This document shows positions 6,665-16,451 of a stretch of DNA of 64,000 bases, one piece after another (within the stretch, counting starts at the first letter, position 1; each line of letters opens with the position of its first letter). The position numbers and the translations under genes were made by a program. The notes beneath the pieces were generated by a model that searched no databases, was not told where the DNA came from, and worked only from the letters and a program-made list of their open reading frames with translations. This DNA comes from Klebsiella phage KMI11, in sequence record MN101225.1, one strand, 5' to 3'.

Positions 6665-8911
6665 ATGCAAGTAATTAAGAGCTCAGGTGTTAGTCAAGAA
6701 TTTGACATGCAGAAAATCATTAAAGTCCTCGAATGGGCGTGCGAAGGAACTAAAGTAGACCCATACGAGTTGTATGAAATTATTAAATCCCATCTGCGTG
6801 ATGGCATGAGCACTGCAGATATCCAGAAGACTATCGTTAAGGTAGCGGCGAATAGCATTTCTATTGATGAACCGGATTACCAATATGTGGCTTCTAATGC
6901 AGCTATGTTTGAAATCCGTAAGCGTGTTTATGGACAGTTTGAGCCACCTGCTTTTATTGACCACATTTCTCGTTGTGTTAACGCAAATAAGTATGATAAA
7001 GAAATCCTGAGCAAATGGTCAGCAGAAGAAATTGCTTTGCTTGATTCTTATATTAAGCATGAGCGTGATTTCACTATGACTTACGCAGGAACAATGCAAC
7101 TTATCGAGAAGTATCTCGTAAAAGACCGTCACACTGGTGAATTGTATGAAACACCGCAGTTTGCCTTTATGTTGATCGGTATGTGCTTGCACCAAGATGA
7201 TGGCGAAAATCGTTTAGCAAACGTTATTCGTTTCTATGATGCAGTTTCTACTAAAAAGATTTCATTGCCAACACCAATTATGTCTGGTGTTCGTACTCCG
7301 ACACGCCAATTCAGTTCATGTGTGGTTATTGAAGGTGGTGATAGTCTTAATTCAATTAACGAAGCTGCTGCGTCAATTACGAAATACATCAGTAAGCGTG
7401 CAGGTATTGGTATTAATGCAGGTATGATTCGTGCAGAAGGTTCAAAAATTGGATTCGGTGAAGTCAAACATACTGGAGTTATTCCTTTCTGGAAACACTT
7501 CCAAACAGCAGTTAAATCCTGCTCCCAAGGTGGGGTCCGTGGTGGCGCGGCGACACTGTACTATCCAATCTGGCACTTGGAAGTTGAAAACCTCCTCGTA
7601 CTTAAGAACAACAAAGGTGTAGATGAAAACCGTATTCGTCATTTAGATTATGGCGTTCAGATTAATAACCTGATGATTGAACGTTTGATTAAGAATGATT
7701 ACATCACTCTGTTTAGTCCCGATGTATGCTTGGGGGCTTTGTACACAGAATACTTCCGTGATGCTCAAGCGTTCCGTACATTATATGAAGAACTGGAAAA
7801 GAACCCAGATATAAGAAAGAAACGTATTAAAGCTCGTGAACTGTTTGAGTTGTTCCTTACTGAACGTGCTGGTACTGCTCGAATTTACCCGTACATGGTA
7901 GATAACGTTGGTGAATATGGTCCTTTTATTCGTGATGTGGCTACGGTTAAGCAATCAAACCTCTGCCTCGAAATTGCGTTACCAACTTCGGATGTTGGCC
8001 AAGAAGATGGCGAAATCGCGCTCTGTACACTCGCAGCATTCGTACTCGACAACTTCAACTGGCAAGACCAAGAAGAAGTTAACGAAATCGCAGAAGTAAT
8101 GGTAAGGGCTTTGGATAACCTTTTGGATTACCAAGACTATCCTGTAGACAAAGCGTTAAAAGCTAAAGACCGTCGAGCACTAGGTGTTGGCATTACTAAC
8201 TATGCAGCTTGGTTAGCAAGCAACTTTGCTTCATACGCAGATGCTAATGATATTACTCACGAAATGATGGAACGTATTCAATATGCACTCATCAAAGCCT
8301 CCGTTAAACTTGCTAGCGAAAAAGGTCCGTGCACGCTTTACAAAGAAACACGATACGGACGTGGTGAACTGCCTATTGACTGGTACAACGAAAGAATTGA
8401 CCAACTCGCAGCTCCAAACTATGTCTGTGACTGGGAACTCCTGCGAGAAGACCTCAAGCGATACGGTATCCGAAATTCAACGTTATCTGCGCTTATGCCA
8501 TGCGAATCGTCTAGCCAGGTATCAAACTCTACCAACGGTATTGAACCACCACGTGGACCAGTGTCAGTTAAAGAATCAAAAGAAGGAAGCTTCAACCAAG
8601 TCGTTCCAAATGTTGAACACAACGCTTCCCTTTATGATTATGCCTGGCAGCTCGCGAAACAGGGTAATAAGCCTTATCTGAACCAGGTTCTGATTATGCA
8701 GAAATTTGTAGACCAGAGCATCTCTGCTAATACTTATTACGACCCGGCGAATTTCCCTAAAGGCAAAGTTGAAATGTCGGTAATGATGGACGACTTGCTT
8801 TATTTCTGGTACTTCGGTGGTAAGACTCTTTACTATCATAACACTCGTGATGGTTCTGGTAACGATGATATGATTCAAGATTCTGCTGACTGCGCGGCCT
8901 GTAAGCTTTAA
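6665..8911 (+). CDS. nrdA: ribonucleotide reductase large subunit
   Basis: 748 aa. Class Ia RNR alpha features (ATP cone, C-terminal CxxC...). Synteny td-nrdA-nrdB. Confidence 0.92.
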   Translation: MQVIKSSGVSQEFDMQKIIKVLEWACEGTKVDPYELYEIIKSHLRDGMSTADIQKTIVKVAANSISIDEPDYQYVASNAAMFEIRKRVYGQFEPPAFIDHISRCVNANKYDKEILSKWSAEEIALLDSYIKHERDFTMTYAGTMQLIEKYLVKDRHTGELYETPQFAFMLIGMCLHQDDGENRLANVIRFYDAVSTKKISLPTPIMSGVRTPTRQFSSCVVIEGGDSLNSINEAAASITKYISKRAGIGINAGMIRAEGSKIGFGEVKHTGVIPFWKHFQTAVKSCSQGGVRGGAATLYYPIWHLEVENLLVLKNNKGVDENRIRHLDYGVQINNLMIERLIKNDYITLFSPDVCLGALYTEYFRDAQAFRTLYEELEKNPDIRKKRIKARELFELFLTERAGTARIYPYMVDNVGEYGPFIRDVATVKQSNLCLEIALPTSDVGQEDGEIALCTLAAFVLDNFNWQDQEEVNEIAEVMVRALDNLLDYQDYPVDKALKAKDRRALGVGITNYAAWLASNFASYADANDITHEMMERIQYALIKASVKLASEKGPCTLYKETRYGRGELPIDWYNERIDQLAAPNYVCDWELLREDLKRYGIRNSTLSALMPCESSSQVSNSTNGIEPPRGPVSVKESKEGSFNQVVPNVEHNASLYDYAWQLAKQGNKPYLNQVLIMQKFVDQSISANTYYDPANFPKGKVEMSVMMDDLLYFWYFGGKTLYYHNTRDGSGNDDMIQDSADCAACKL

Positions 8912-8967
8912 TAAAAGGGAATTATAATTAGACCACGGATGGTTAACACCACAGAATAGGAAATAGA

Positions 8968-10110
8968 ATGAGTACAGTTTTTAATACCAAGCAAGTAGAT
9001 ATCATGACCGTGCCAATGTTCTTTGGTTCTGGCCTAGGAATTGCGCGTTATGATATTCAGCGTCATAAAGTATTCGAGGAACTCATTGAGAAGCAGTTGA
9101 GTTTCTTCTGGCGACCTGAAGAAGTAAACGTTATGATGGACCGTGGCCAGTTTGAAAAACTCCCAGAGCACCAGCGGAATATCTTTACTGATAACTTGAA
9201 GTATCAATCTCTTCTTGATTCAATTCAAGGACGTGCTCCTGCAGCGGTATTTGCACCACTGATTTCTGATCCAAGCCTTGATACTTGGTTCCAGACTTGG
9301 ACGTTCAGTGAAACCATTCACAGTCGTTCATACACGCATATCATGCGTAACCTATATGTAGACCCAGCTAAAATCTTTGATGAAATCGTTCTTGATGAAG
9401 CTATCATGAAACGTGCTGAATCTATCGGTGTTTACTATGATGCTGTTACAGAAGCTCACCGCAAATGGCTAAATGCTCAAGAACGCTGCTTTAATCCAGA
9501 TAACATTGAGATTAAACAAGCTAAGCATTATCTGATGAAGGCTATGTACCTTTGTTTACATGTTATTAACGCGTTAGAAGCCATTCGTTTCTATGTCAGT
9601 TTTGCATGTACCTTTAACTTCCATAAAAATATGGAAATCATGGAAGGTAATGCTAAAATCATGAAGTTCATTGCTCGTGATGAACAACTTCATTTGAAGG
9701 GCACACAGTACATTCTGCGTCAACTTCAAACTGGCACTGATGGCGAAGAATGGGTTGAGATTGCTAAAGAGTGTGAACAAGAAGCAATTGAAATCTTCAT
9801 GGAAGTTAACCGCCAAGAAAAAGATTGGGCTATTCATCTTTTCCGTAATGGCGGTCTTCCGGGACTGAACGTTAAAATTCTTCATGACTTCATTGACTAT
9901 CTGACAGTGTCACGTATGCGTAGTTGTGGTCTTCCTTGTCCGATTACTGACGCACCAACTCGACATCCTATTCCCTGGATTCGTGAATATCTTAACTCTG
10001 ATGCAGTCCAATCTGCTCCTCAGGAAGTTGAGATAAGTTCTTATCTGGTAGCTCAGATTGACAATGATGTCACTGATGATGTTCTAATTGGATTTAAAAA
10101 GTACTTATAA
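8968..10110 (+). CDS. nrdB: ribonucleotide reductase small subunit, uninterrupted (no intron)
   Basis: 380 aa. Diiron/tyrosyl motifs (E..H, FACTFNFH). Synteny. Confidence 0.9.
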   Translation: MSTVFNTKQVDIMTVPMFFGSGLGIARYDIQRHKVFEELIEKQLSFFWRPEEVNVMMDRGQFEKLPEHQRNIFTDNLKYQSLLDSIQGRAPAAVFAPLISDPSLDTWFQTWTFSETIHSRSYTHIMRNLYVDPAKIFDEIVLDEAIMKRAESIGVYYDAVTEAHRKWLNAQERCFNPDNIEIKQAKHYLMKAMYLCLHVINALEAIRFYVSFACTFNFHKNMEIMEGNAKIMKFIARDEQLHLKGTQYILRQLQTGTDGEEWVEIAKECEQEAIEIFMEVNRQEKDWAIHLFRNGGLPGLNVKILHDFIDYLTVSRMRSCGLPCPITDAPTRHPIPWIREYLNSDAVQSAPQEVEISSYLVAQIDNDVTDDVLIGFKKYL

Positions 10111-10114
10111 GGAA

Positions 10115-10136
10115 AGGGGCTTCGGCCCCTCTTTAT
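10115..10136 (+). terminator. UUCG-tetraloop hairpin after nrdB
   Basis: aggggc-ttcg-gcccct followed by ctttatt. Confidence 0.55.
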
Positions 10137-10137
10137 T

Positions 10138-10554
10138 ATGAATGATATTGCTAACGAGTTTTCTTTTATAAAATATGTTCAACTTGAGTTAGAACCTGAT
10201 TTCAGTATTAAACCCGTTTTGGTAGCAAACAAGTTGAATGTAGTTTATGCCATCGCAGTTGATGATGAGCTGGTTTATATCGGTAAGACAAAAAATCTTC
10301 GTAAACGTATAAATTATTATAGAACTGCTATTAATCGGAAAGACCAAACCTCTGATTCAGCTAAATCTGCTAAGATTTTTGAAGCACTAATGGCTGGCAA
10401 AAAAGTAGAGTTCTATGCTCGTCAGTGTTTTAATCTTTTGATTAATAATGAACTTGGCGAGATGTCAATATCCACTATGGACTTGGAAGAACCACTTCTG
10501 ATTAAGAAGTTCAATCCTCCATGGAACACACAACATAAGGTAAAGAAATGTTAG
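10138..10554 (+). CDS. denA: endonuclease II (GIY-YIG family nicking enzyme)
   Basis: 138 aa. ...YSFIKY..LEL......NVVYAIAVDDELVYIGKTKNLRKRINYYRTAINRKD.TSDS.KSA... near-identical to T4 DenA. Confidence 0.93.
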   Translation: MNDIANEFSFIKYVQLELEPDFSIKPVLVANKLNVVYAIAVDDELVYIGKTKNLRKRINYYRTAINRKDQTSDSAKSAKIFEALMAGKKVEFYARQCFNLLINNELGEMSISTMDLEEPLLIKKFNPPWNTQHKVKKC

Positions 10555-11699
10555 AGCTATATAAAAATTTAATGAATCTGTGTGAAAGCTCAGAAGTTGC
10601 AAAATTCTTTTATAAAGATTTTACCGGTCCTATGGATGGTAAGTTCAGAGTGTTTTCATATCATTACGCAAGTTATAGTGAGTGGTTAAAACCCGATGCT
10701 CTCGAATGCCGCGGTATCATGTTTGAGATGGATGGCGATACCCCAATTCGAATTGCTTCTCGTCCGATGGAAAAGTTCTTTAATTTGAATGAAAACCCAT
10801 TAACGATGGGAATTGATATTAGCGATGTAGAATACATTATGGATAAGGCTGATGGCTCTCTAGTATCATCTTATGTCGATGATGGGTATCTATACCTTAA
10901 GTCAAAAACATCTCTCTACAGTGACCAGGCAAGACAAGCTTCAGCTTTGCTTAACAGCGAAGAATATTCTTCGCTTCATCAAGTTATTCTTGAGCTAACG
11001 CTAGATGGTTATACGGTAAACATGGAATTTGTTTCACCTAATAATCGTGTTGTTTTAGCATATCAGGAGCCACAGCTGTTTGTGTTAAACGTCCGTAATA
11101 ACACAACTGGTGAGTATGTTAAGTATGATGATTTGTACGCTAATGCTAAAATTCGTCCTTATTTAATTAATGCTTACGGAATTTCTGACCCTACTACCTG
11201 GGTTGAAGGAGTTCGTGCGCTTGAAGGCGTAGAAGGATACATTGCAGTTCTAAACACTGGGCAGCGATTTAAGGTTAAAACCGAATGGTATTCTGCTCTT
11301 CATCACACTAAAGACTCAATAACGTCAAATGAAAGACTGTTTGCGTCTGTCGTATCTGCAAATTCCGACGATTTGCGTTCTCTTTTTGCTGGAGATGAAT
11401 ATGCAATTAAGAAAATTTCTGCATTTGAGCAAGCTTATCTAGATTACCTCGGAAAGTCACTTGAGCTATGTCAGTCGTTCTACGATGAATACAGAGGTCG
11501 TGCTCGTAAAGATTATGCTATTGCTGCGCAGAAAGCCACGGTTAATCAGCGCCATTTGTTTGGTGTTATCATGAACATGTACGAAGGAACTGTAGATGTA
11601 GATAAACTGCTTAAAGACCTCGAAAGGGTGTTCTTGAAGTACTGGGCAGGATATGTTCCAAAAGAGTACGAAAAAGAAATTGAAATTTCTGAAGAATAG
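10548..11699 (+). CDS. rnlA: RNA ligase 1
   Basis: 383 aa. FRVFSYHYASYSEWL.PDALECRGIMFEMDG..P.RIASRPMEKFFNLNENP matches T4 Rnl1 (gene 63). Confidence 0.93.
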   Translation: MLELYKNLMNLCESSEVAKFFYKDFTGPMDGKFRVFSYHYASYSEWLKPDALECRGIMFEMDGDTPIRIASRPMEKFFNLNENPLTMGIDISDVEYIMDKADGSLVSSYVDDGYLYLKSKTSLYSDQARQASALLNSEEYSSLHQVILELTLDGYTVNMEFVSPNNRVVLAYQEPQLFVLNVRNNTTGEYVKYDDLYANAKIRPYLINAYGISDPTTWVEGVRALEGVEGYIAVLNTGQRFKVKTEWYSALHHTKDSITSNERLFASVVSANSDDLRSLFAGDEYAIKKISAFEQAYLDYLGKSLELCQSFYDEYRGRARKDYAIAAQKATVNQRHLFGVIMNMYEGTVDVDKLLKDLERVFLKYWAGYVPKEYEKEIEISEE

Positions 11700-11701
11700 T
11701 T

Positions 11702-11731
11702 GTTTACATCCTCATCAGAGTGTGATACTAT
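11702..11731 (+). promoter_or_regulatory. T4 early-type promoter for alc, embedded in an 11-bp perfect inverted repeat
   Basis: GTTTAC 11702-11707, 18-nt spacer, TGaTACTAT 11723-11731. Inverted repeat atcctcatcag (11708-11718) / ctgatgaggat (11745-11755); the right arm holds the SD. Confidence 0.6.
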
Positions 11732-11761
11732 AGACTTATATCAACTGATGAGGATATTGAA

Positions 11762-12271
11762 ATGGATATGCAAGCAATTACTTTAGATATGGTTGTTAAC
11801 AAATATGGTACTCATTCTGATGGGATTTTTGTGTGGAATGGTACCAAGAAGGTGGGCTTCGTCACTGACCTACGGACGCACATGGCGCGCAAGGAAGCTG
11901 CTCGTAAGAAGCAAAAAGAGTACACTAATCGTGTGAACGAGCAGCGTGCCGAAGCCCTTCCTGAAGCCGTAGATGAAATGATTGATTTCCTAGATAATCA
12001 TCTCGCGAAGTATGGTGCAGAGGTGTTCAAGAACATCACCCAGCCAAACGTTCATGCTAACGGATGCAAATGCTATGTAATCGTTGACCCGATTTATGGC
12101 AAGCATCGTCTTGGCATTATGCATCGCGAGCTGAATTATTCTGAGATGGCAGAATATGTAGAAGCTTGCTTCAAGTGTTCTCCTTCGGAAAGTTCTGATC
12201 GTCACATCCTCATTTCGGGATTATCCCGTGATGATATCGTAGAGGTTATCCTTAAACTATGCTCAAAATAA
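11762..12271 (+). CDS. alc: Alc (host transcription elongation inhibitor)
   Basis: 169 aa (T4 Alc is about 167 aa). Position between rnlA and the pseT cluster. Confidence 0.7.
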   Translation: MDMQAITLDMVVNKYGTHSDGIFVWNGTKKVGFVTDLRTHMARKEAARKKQKEYTNRVNEQRAEALPEAVDEMIDFLDNHLAKYGAEVFKNITQPNVHANGCKCYVIVDPIYGKHRLGIMHRELNYSEMAEYVEACFKCSPSESSDRHILISGLSRDDIVEVILKLCSK

Positions 12272-12612
12272 ACACAACTTGGTTGATGATTGGAGTGTTA
12301 GCATTATCCGCAGGCGGATTGAAATATCTTTCGTGGCGGGTAGAAAATCTTAAAGCTGACCTCAAAGTCGTCCAAGATGAATCTGATCGACAAGCAAAAG
12401 AAATAGAAAATATCGGTGTTTCTATAAAAAATCTGCAGACAACATATAAAGGCTATCAGGAAAACCGAGCAGCTCGTGATACTTCTAACGCTAAGATGAA
12501 TAAAGATTCTAAGCGCGGAAACGTAGTTGCAGCTAAACCTGGGTTAGTTGAAAAACAGATTAATGCAAGCTTCAATAAGTTTGCAGAAGATATCCAGGAG
12601 GCTACCAGATGA
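12259..12612 (+). CDS. i-spanin (inner-membrane spanin; PseT.3-like)
   Basis: 117 aa. N-terminal TM helix (WLMIGVLALSAGGL) then a coiled-coil periplasmic domain. Immediately followed by a lipoprotein gene. Confidence 0.7.
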   Translation: MLKINTTWLMIGVLALSAGGLKYLSWRVENLKADLKVVQDESDRQAKEIENIGVSIKNLQTTYKGYQENRAARDTSNAKMNKDSKRGNVVAAKPGLVEKQINASFNKFAEDIQEATR

Positions 12613-12896
12613 AACGAAGTCTATTAGCCATGGGTATTATCAGCCTACTTGTTGGATGTTCTTCTAGTGCACCGGATGTCCCGGTTTTGCATCCTGATTG
12701 GCCAGACCCAATTCAAAAATGGGAAGGACATTGGGAAGTAAAAGTAATTGACGGTAAAGCCTGGGTTGGTATGCCGTTTGAAGAGTCTCAAGAGTATCGC
12801 ATCTGGATGAATGACATTTTACGTTATACTAAAGATGCTAACGGAATGATATGTTATTATCGTTCTGACCTTAAAGAACCTCGTTGCGTTAAGTAA
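12609..12896 (+). CDS. o-spanin (outer-membrane lipoprotein spanin; PseT.2-like)
   Basis: 95 aa. Lipobox LLVGC at MKRSLLAMGIISLLVGCSS. Adjacent to the i-spanin. Confidence 0.7.
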   Translation: MKRSLLAMGIISLLVGCSSSAPDVPVLHPDWPDPIQKWEGHWEVKVIDGKAWVGMPFEESQEYRIWMNDILRYTKDANGMICYYRSDLKEPRCVK

Positions 12897-12917
12897 ACTA
12901 AACAAGAGGAAAATATT

Positions 12918-13403
12918 ATGGAACCGTCACACCTTCATTCTTACTTCGTAAAAGACGCATCACATCTTTTATCGATTAAAAAGACACAACTTAGGAATAT
13001 GCTAGCTGTTGGTTCGTGTCAGTTAACTCCTCTTGTTAAGAAAGCTATTGCTGTACCAGAAAATATTTCTAATGGATATGTTTATACAGTCCGTGTTAGT
13101 GTGCCTGGAGCTTTAAAAGAAAGAGTGTTTGAGCTTAATGACCAAACACGAATTTCATTTGATGTGTGGTTTAAACTATTCATGGCAGAATTTATGTATC
13201 CCGATTTTTTGGAGTTTGTTCAGCGTAAAGAGGCACTGAAGGAAGCAATTTCTGAATTGGAAGATGCCTCAATTGAATTCGGTAAGGCACTCCAATTTGT
13301 AGAAAGTGGCGGTGTAGAGCAAGATGAAGTTAACAATTTTTTGAAGAAACATGGAAAGCGTCGCTCATTGGCGCATCGCAACCTTTCTAAAATGGTGATG
13401 TAG
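12918..13403 (+). CDS. hypothetical protein
   Basis: 161 aa, SD gaggaaaatattATG. Confidence 0.55.
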   Translation: MEPSHLHSYFVKDASHLLSIKKTQLRNMLAVGSCQLTPLVKKAIAVPENISNGYVYTVRVSVPGALKERVFELNDQTRISFDVWFKLFMAEFMYPDFLEFVQRKEALKEAISELEDASIEFGKALQFVESGGVEQDEVNNFLKKHGKRRSLAHRNLSKMVM

Positions 13404-13615
13404 TGAATCAAGAACAGTATGAAACACTTAAAGGGTTAATTGCTGAAAATGAATTGGCGTGCATCGTGTTTGGACGCGCAGCTGAAAATTATGACAAAAA
13501 TGATATACTGTCAATGAATAAGCCATTGCGAGCAATTAAAGAAAAATATCGTGCTAATTGGGGTGAAAAGTCTAAGGCTCTTCATGATTTTATTGACACT
13601 CTTAAGGATGTATAA
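13403..13615 (+). CDS. hypothetical protein
   Basis: 70 aa, overlapping start/stop (TGAtg). Confidence 0.5.
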   Translation: MNQEQYETLKGLIAENELACIVFGRAAENYDKNDILSMNKPLRAIKEKYRANWGEKSKALHDFIDTLKDV

Positions 13616-14508
13616 TGAAAAAATTGGTTTTGACACAAGGGGCTCCAGGCTCTGGTAAAACAACCTGGGCTAACGAATACGTAGCAGCTAATCCCGGTTG
13701 GTATGTTTTGTCTCGTGATGATTTGCGTGAAGGCATCTTTGGCCTTGATAAACGTAATGATTACAAATATTCTAAGCTTCATGAGAAGTCAGTATCTGTA
13801 TGTCAGTTTTCTATGGCGAAGACTCTACTCGAGATGGAAACCACTAATGGTGTCATCATTGCTGATACTAACCTTAATCCAACGACTATCAAGAAGTGGC
13901 AAGAGTTGGCATACGAAATTGATGGTGTCAAGTGGGAAATTAAACGCTTTGACGTTCCTTGGACTGAATTGCTTAATCGTAACCTCTATCGTGGCGCGAA
14001 TGCAGTTCCTATTGAAGTGCTCCGTAGCTTCTACTCTAAGATGCATCCATATGATTTGTACATTCCAGATGAATCATTGCCAAAAGCAGTTATCTTTGAC
14101 CTTGACGGCACGTTAGCAGATAACAATCATCGTTCTCCTTATGACTTGGCCAAATGTGGTAAAGACCATCCAAAGGAAATGGTAATTGAATTTCTTAAAA
14201 TGCTTCGTAACAAAGGATATAAAATTCTTACTGTTTCCGGCAGAGAGTCTGGTACTAAAGAAGACCCTACTGTTTATCAACGCATTACGAAGAAATGGTT
14301 GTTGGACCATGTTGGCGAAACAGGCGAACACTTCCAACGTAAGCAAGGCGATTCACGCAAAGACGATGTGGTAAAAGAAGAAATCTTCTGGGACCGAATT
14401 GCTGATCGTTATAATGTCAAACTTGCAGTAGATGACCGAGCACAGGTAGTTGAAATGTGGCGTCGTATTGGTGTTGAATGCTGGCAAGTAGCCCACGGTG
14501 ATTTTTAG
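13615..14508 (+). CDS. pseT: polynucleotide 5'-kinase / 3'-phosphatase
   Basis: 297 aa. P-loop GAPGSGKTTWA then HAD phosphatase motif DLDGTLA. Confidence 0.93.
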   Translation: MKKLVLTQGAPGSGKTTWANEYVAANPGWYVLSRDDLREGIFGLDKRNDYKYSKLHEKSVSVCQFSMAKTLLEMETTNGVIIADTNLNPTTIKKWQELAYEIDGVKWEIKRFDVPWTELLNRNLYRGANAVPIEVLRSFYSKMHPYDLYIPDESLPKAVIFDLDGTLADNNHRSPYDLAKCGKDHPKEMVIEFLKMLRNKGYKILTVSGRESGTKEDPTVYQRITKKWLLDHVGETGEHFQRKQGDSRKDDVVKEEIFWDRIADRYNVKLAVDDRAQVVEMWRRIGVECWQVAHGDF

Positions 14509-14519
14509 AGGAAAGTATA

Positions 14520-14804
14520 ATGTTTCCAAAGTATTCCGAAGTAGTAAAAGTATCATTTACGCAAGTTGTTGCTAATCATTTAACAGATGAGTTTACTCCG
14601 GCTGAAGTAGCCAAAATGCATGCAGAGTTTTTATCTGCAATGAATGCACTTATTCCAAACGGCGAAGTTATTAAATTTTCTATTGACCGGTCAGGCGGTT
14701 CATCTGAAGTTAAAATTTCTTGTGGCGAAGGTGAACACGACTGGTTTATCGTTGGAATTATTGCTAATTTTGAAACCCAACAGGTTATGACTTATGTTGT
14801 CTGA
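14520..14804 (+). CDS. hypothetical protein (cd.x region)
   Basis: 94 aa, SD gaggaaagtataATG. Confidence 0.5.
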   Translation: MFPKYSEVVKVSFTQVVANHLTDEFTPAEVAKMHAEFLSAMNALIPNGEVIKFSIDRSGGSSEVKISCGEGEHDWFIVGIIANFETQQVMTYVV

Positions 14805-15030
14805 CGCTAAATTTTCACATGATGAATTTATTTCGAAGGTTAAAATCTTCGCACAGGAAGTAGCAAACCGGGTTCCTGGAAGTAAAGTGACTCTCCGACG
14901 AGAGTCATCCTTTAACTATGTTGATGCTTATATCATTACAGTTAATAATGGAAAGAGCAATCAACACACTCAATTGGCTTTAACCGGAACAGGCCAAGTT
15001 GAAATGACTAACATTTTAGGACATATCTAA
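14794..15030 (+). CDS. hypothetical protein (cd.x region)
   Basis: 78 aa, overlaps the upstream gene. Confidence 0.45.
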   Translation: MLSDAKFSHDEFISKVKIFAQEVANRVPGSKVTLRRESSFNYVDAYIITVNNGKSNQHTQLALTGTGQVEMTNILGHI

Positions 15031-15374
15031 TGACTTTACGTGAGGCTGTAGAAGCTCTTTTAATTGAACATGCTCGTGGCATTAAAGCAGAAATTAGCCA
15101 AAATGGTATTCGTCTAATTAATGCTGTTATTGGTTCTGACCAAGGTGTTTGGTCAATTCCACGCGAAGAATATGATGCTATTTTGTACAGTAACGTTGAT
15201 GTTAAGGAAGGCCAACCTCTTTATGGCTATGTCTTTTCCGATGTTCTTGAACGAGGAAATCATCCGTTTCCAGATGGTACAGGCATTCGTACTTCTCGAG
15301 TAGAGAGTTTTGCTTCTCCTACCGACGAGTTAAAATTGGTTAAAACAAATAACACAACTTATCTGGTGATTTAA
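15030..15374 (+). CDS. hypothetical protein (cd.x region)
   Basis: 114 aa, ATGA coupling. Confidence 0.5.
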   Translation: MTLREAVEALLIEHARGIKAEISQNGIRLINAVIGSDQGVWSIPREEYDAILYSNVDVKEGQPLYGYVFSDVLERGNHPFPDGTGIRTSRVESFASPTDELKLVKTNNTTYLVI

Positions 15375-15944
15375 ATGAAAGCGTCGACAGTACTACAAAT
15401 TGCGTATCTCGTATCTCAAGAGTCAAAATGCTGCTCGTGGAAAGTCGGCGCAGTAATTGAAAAGAACGGACGAATTATTTCTACTGGCTATAACGGTTCA
15501 CCTTCTGGCGGCGTGAACTGTTGTGACCATGCAGCAGAACAAGGTTGGATTGGTGAAATTCCTTACAAATCTACAGGATTGCGTCAAGACGGATTCCAAG
15601 TCAAAAAAGTCGGATTGCTCAAAGAACATCGAGCAGCCCACTCTGCATGGTCTAAAGTCAATGAAATCCATGCTGAGCTTAATGCTATTCTTTTTGCTGC
15701 CAGGAACGGCAGTAGTATTGATGGAGCAACAATGTATGTCACACTGTCTCCATGTCCAGATTGTGCAAAAGCCATCGCTCAGTCTGGTATTAAAAAATTA
15801 GTATACTGTGAAACATACGACAAGAACGAACCTGGCTGGGACGATATTCTTCGTTCGGCTGGAATTGAGGTGTTCAATGTTCCAAAACGCAATTTGGATA
15901 AGTTGAACTGGTATAACATTAAAGAATTCTGTGGAATTGAATAA
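15375..15944 (+). CDS. cd: dCMP deaminase
   Basis: 189 aa. KCCSWKVGAVIEKNGRIISTGYNG... HAE.NAI....PC..C zinc-dependent deaminase motifs, like T4 Cd. Confidence 0.93.
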   Translation: MKASTVLQIAYLVSQESKCCSWKVGAVIEKNGRIISTGYNGSPSGGVNCCDHAAEQGWIGEIPYKSTGLRQDGFQVKKVGLLKEHRAAHSAWSKVNEIHAELNAILFAARNGSSIDGATMYVTLSPCPDCAKAIAQSGIKKLVYCETYDKNEPGWDDILRSAGIEVFNVPKRNLDKLNWYNIKEFCGIE

Positions 15945-16144
15945 TGAAACTTAGAATTGTTGAAATTAATAAACTTAATCTAAGTGGTGATGTTGTTATA
16001 TCATACTCAGTAGAACGCTGGTATTGGTTTAAATGGAAGCCATTAGCAACATTTAAATTTGAAGATCAAGCAGTTCGATTATTAAAAGAATTATCCAAGC
16101 GCAAATCTGTAATTATCAAAACTATTAAAGAGACATCAAAATGA
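15944..16144 (+). CDS. hypothetical protein (31.2 position)
   Basis: 66 aa, translationally coupled. Confidence 0.5.
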   Translation: MKLRIVEINKLNLSGDVVISYSVERWYWFKWKPLATFKFEDQAVRLLKELSKRKSVIIKTIKETSK

Positions 16145-16449
16145 AACTGACTACTGAACAAAACATCCATATCCGTGAAACCCTTAAAGCTGTGCTGAGC
16201 ATGGGTGAATCCCAGATTGTGTTTGAAAAAGCTGATGGTACTATTCGTACTCTGCGCTGTACTCGTGATAAAGATATTATTCCATCTGATTTGGTAGAAA
16301 GTACTACTAAATCTGCCCGAGCAGAAAGCACTACTTCACTTCCGGTATATGATACCGAGAAAGAAGGTTGGCGCTCATTTACCTTTGATAAACTGATCTC
16401 GGTAAATGGTATGAAAGTTGAGCATCTGCTGCAGATGATCGGTAAGTAA
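16141..16449 (+). CDS. hypothetical protein (31.1 position)
   Basis: 102 aa, ATGA coupling. Confidence 0.55.
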   Translation: MKLTTEQNIHIRETLKAVLSMGESQIVFEKADGTIRTLRCTRDKDIIPSDLVESTTKSARAESTTSLPVYDTEKEGWRSFTFDKLISVNGMKVEHLLQMIGK

Positions 16450-16451
16450 TT

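Noticed and set aside
13703-14116. 137-aa + strand ORF in an alternative frame
   Set aside because: It lies wholly inside pseT (PNK), which has unambiguous P-loop and HAD motifs in the other frame.
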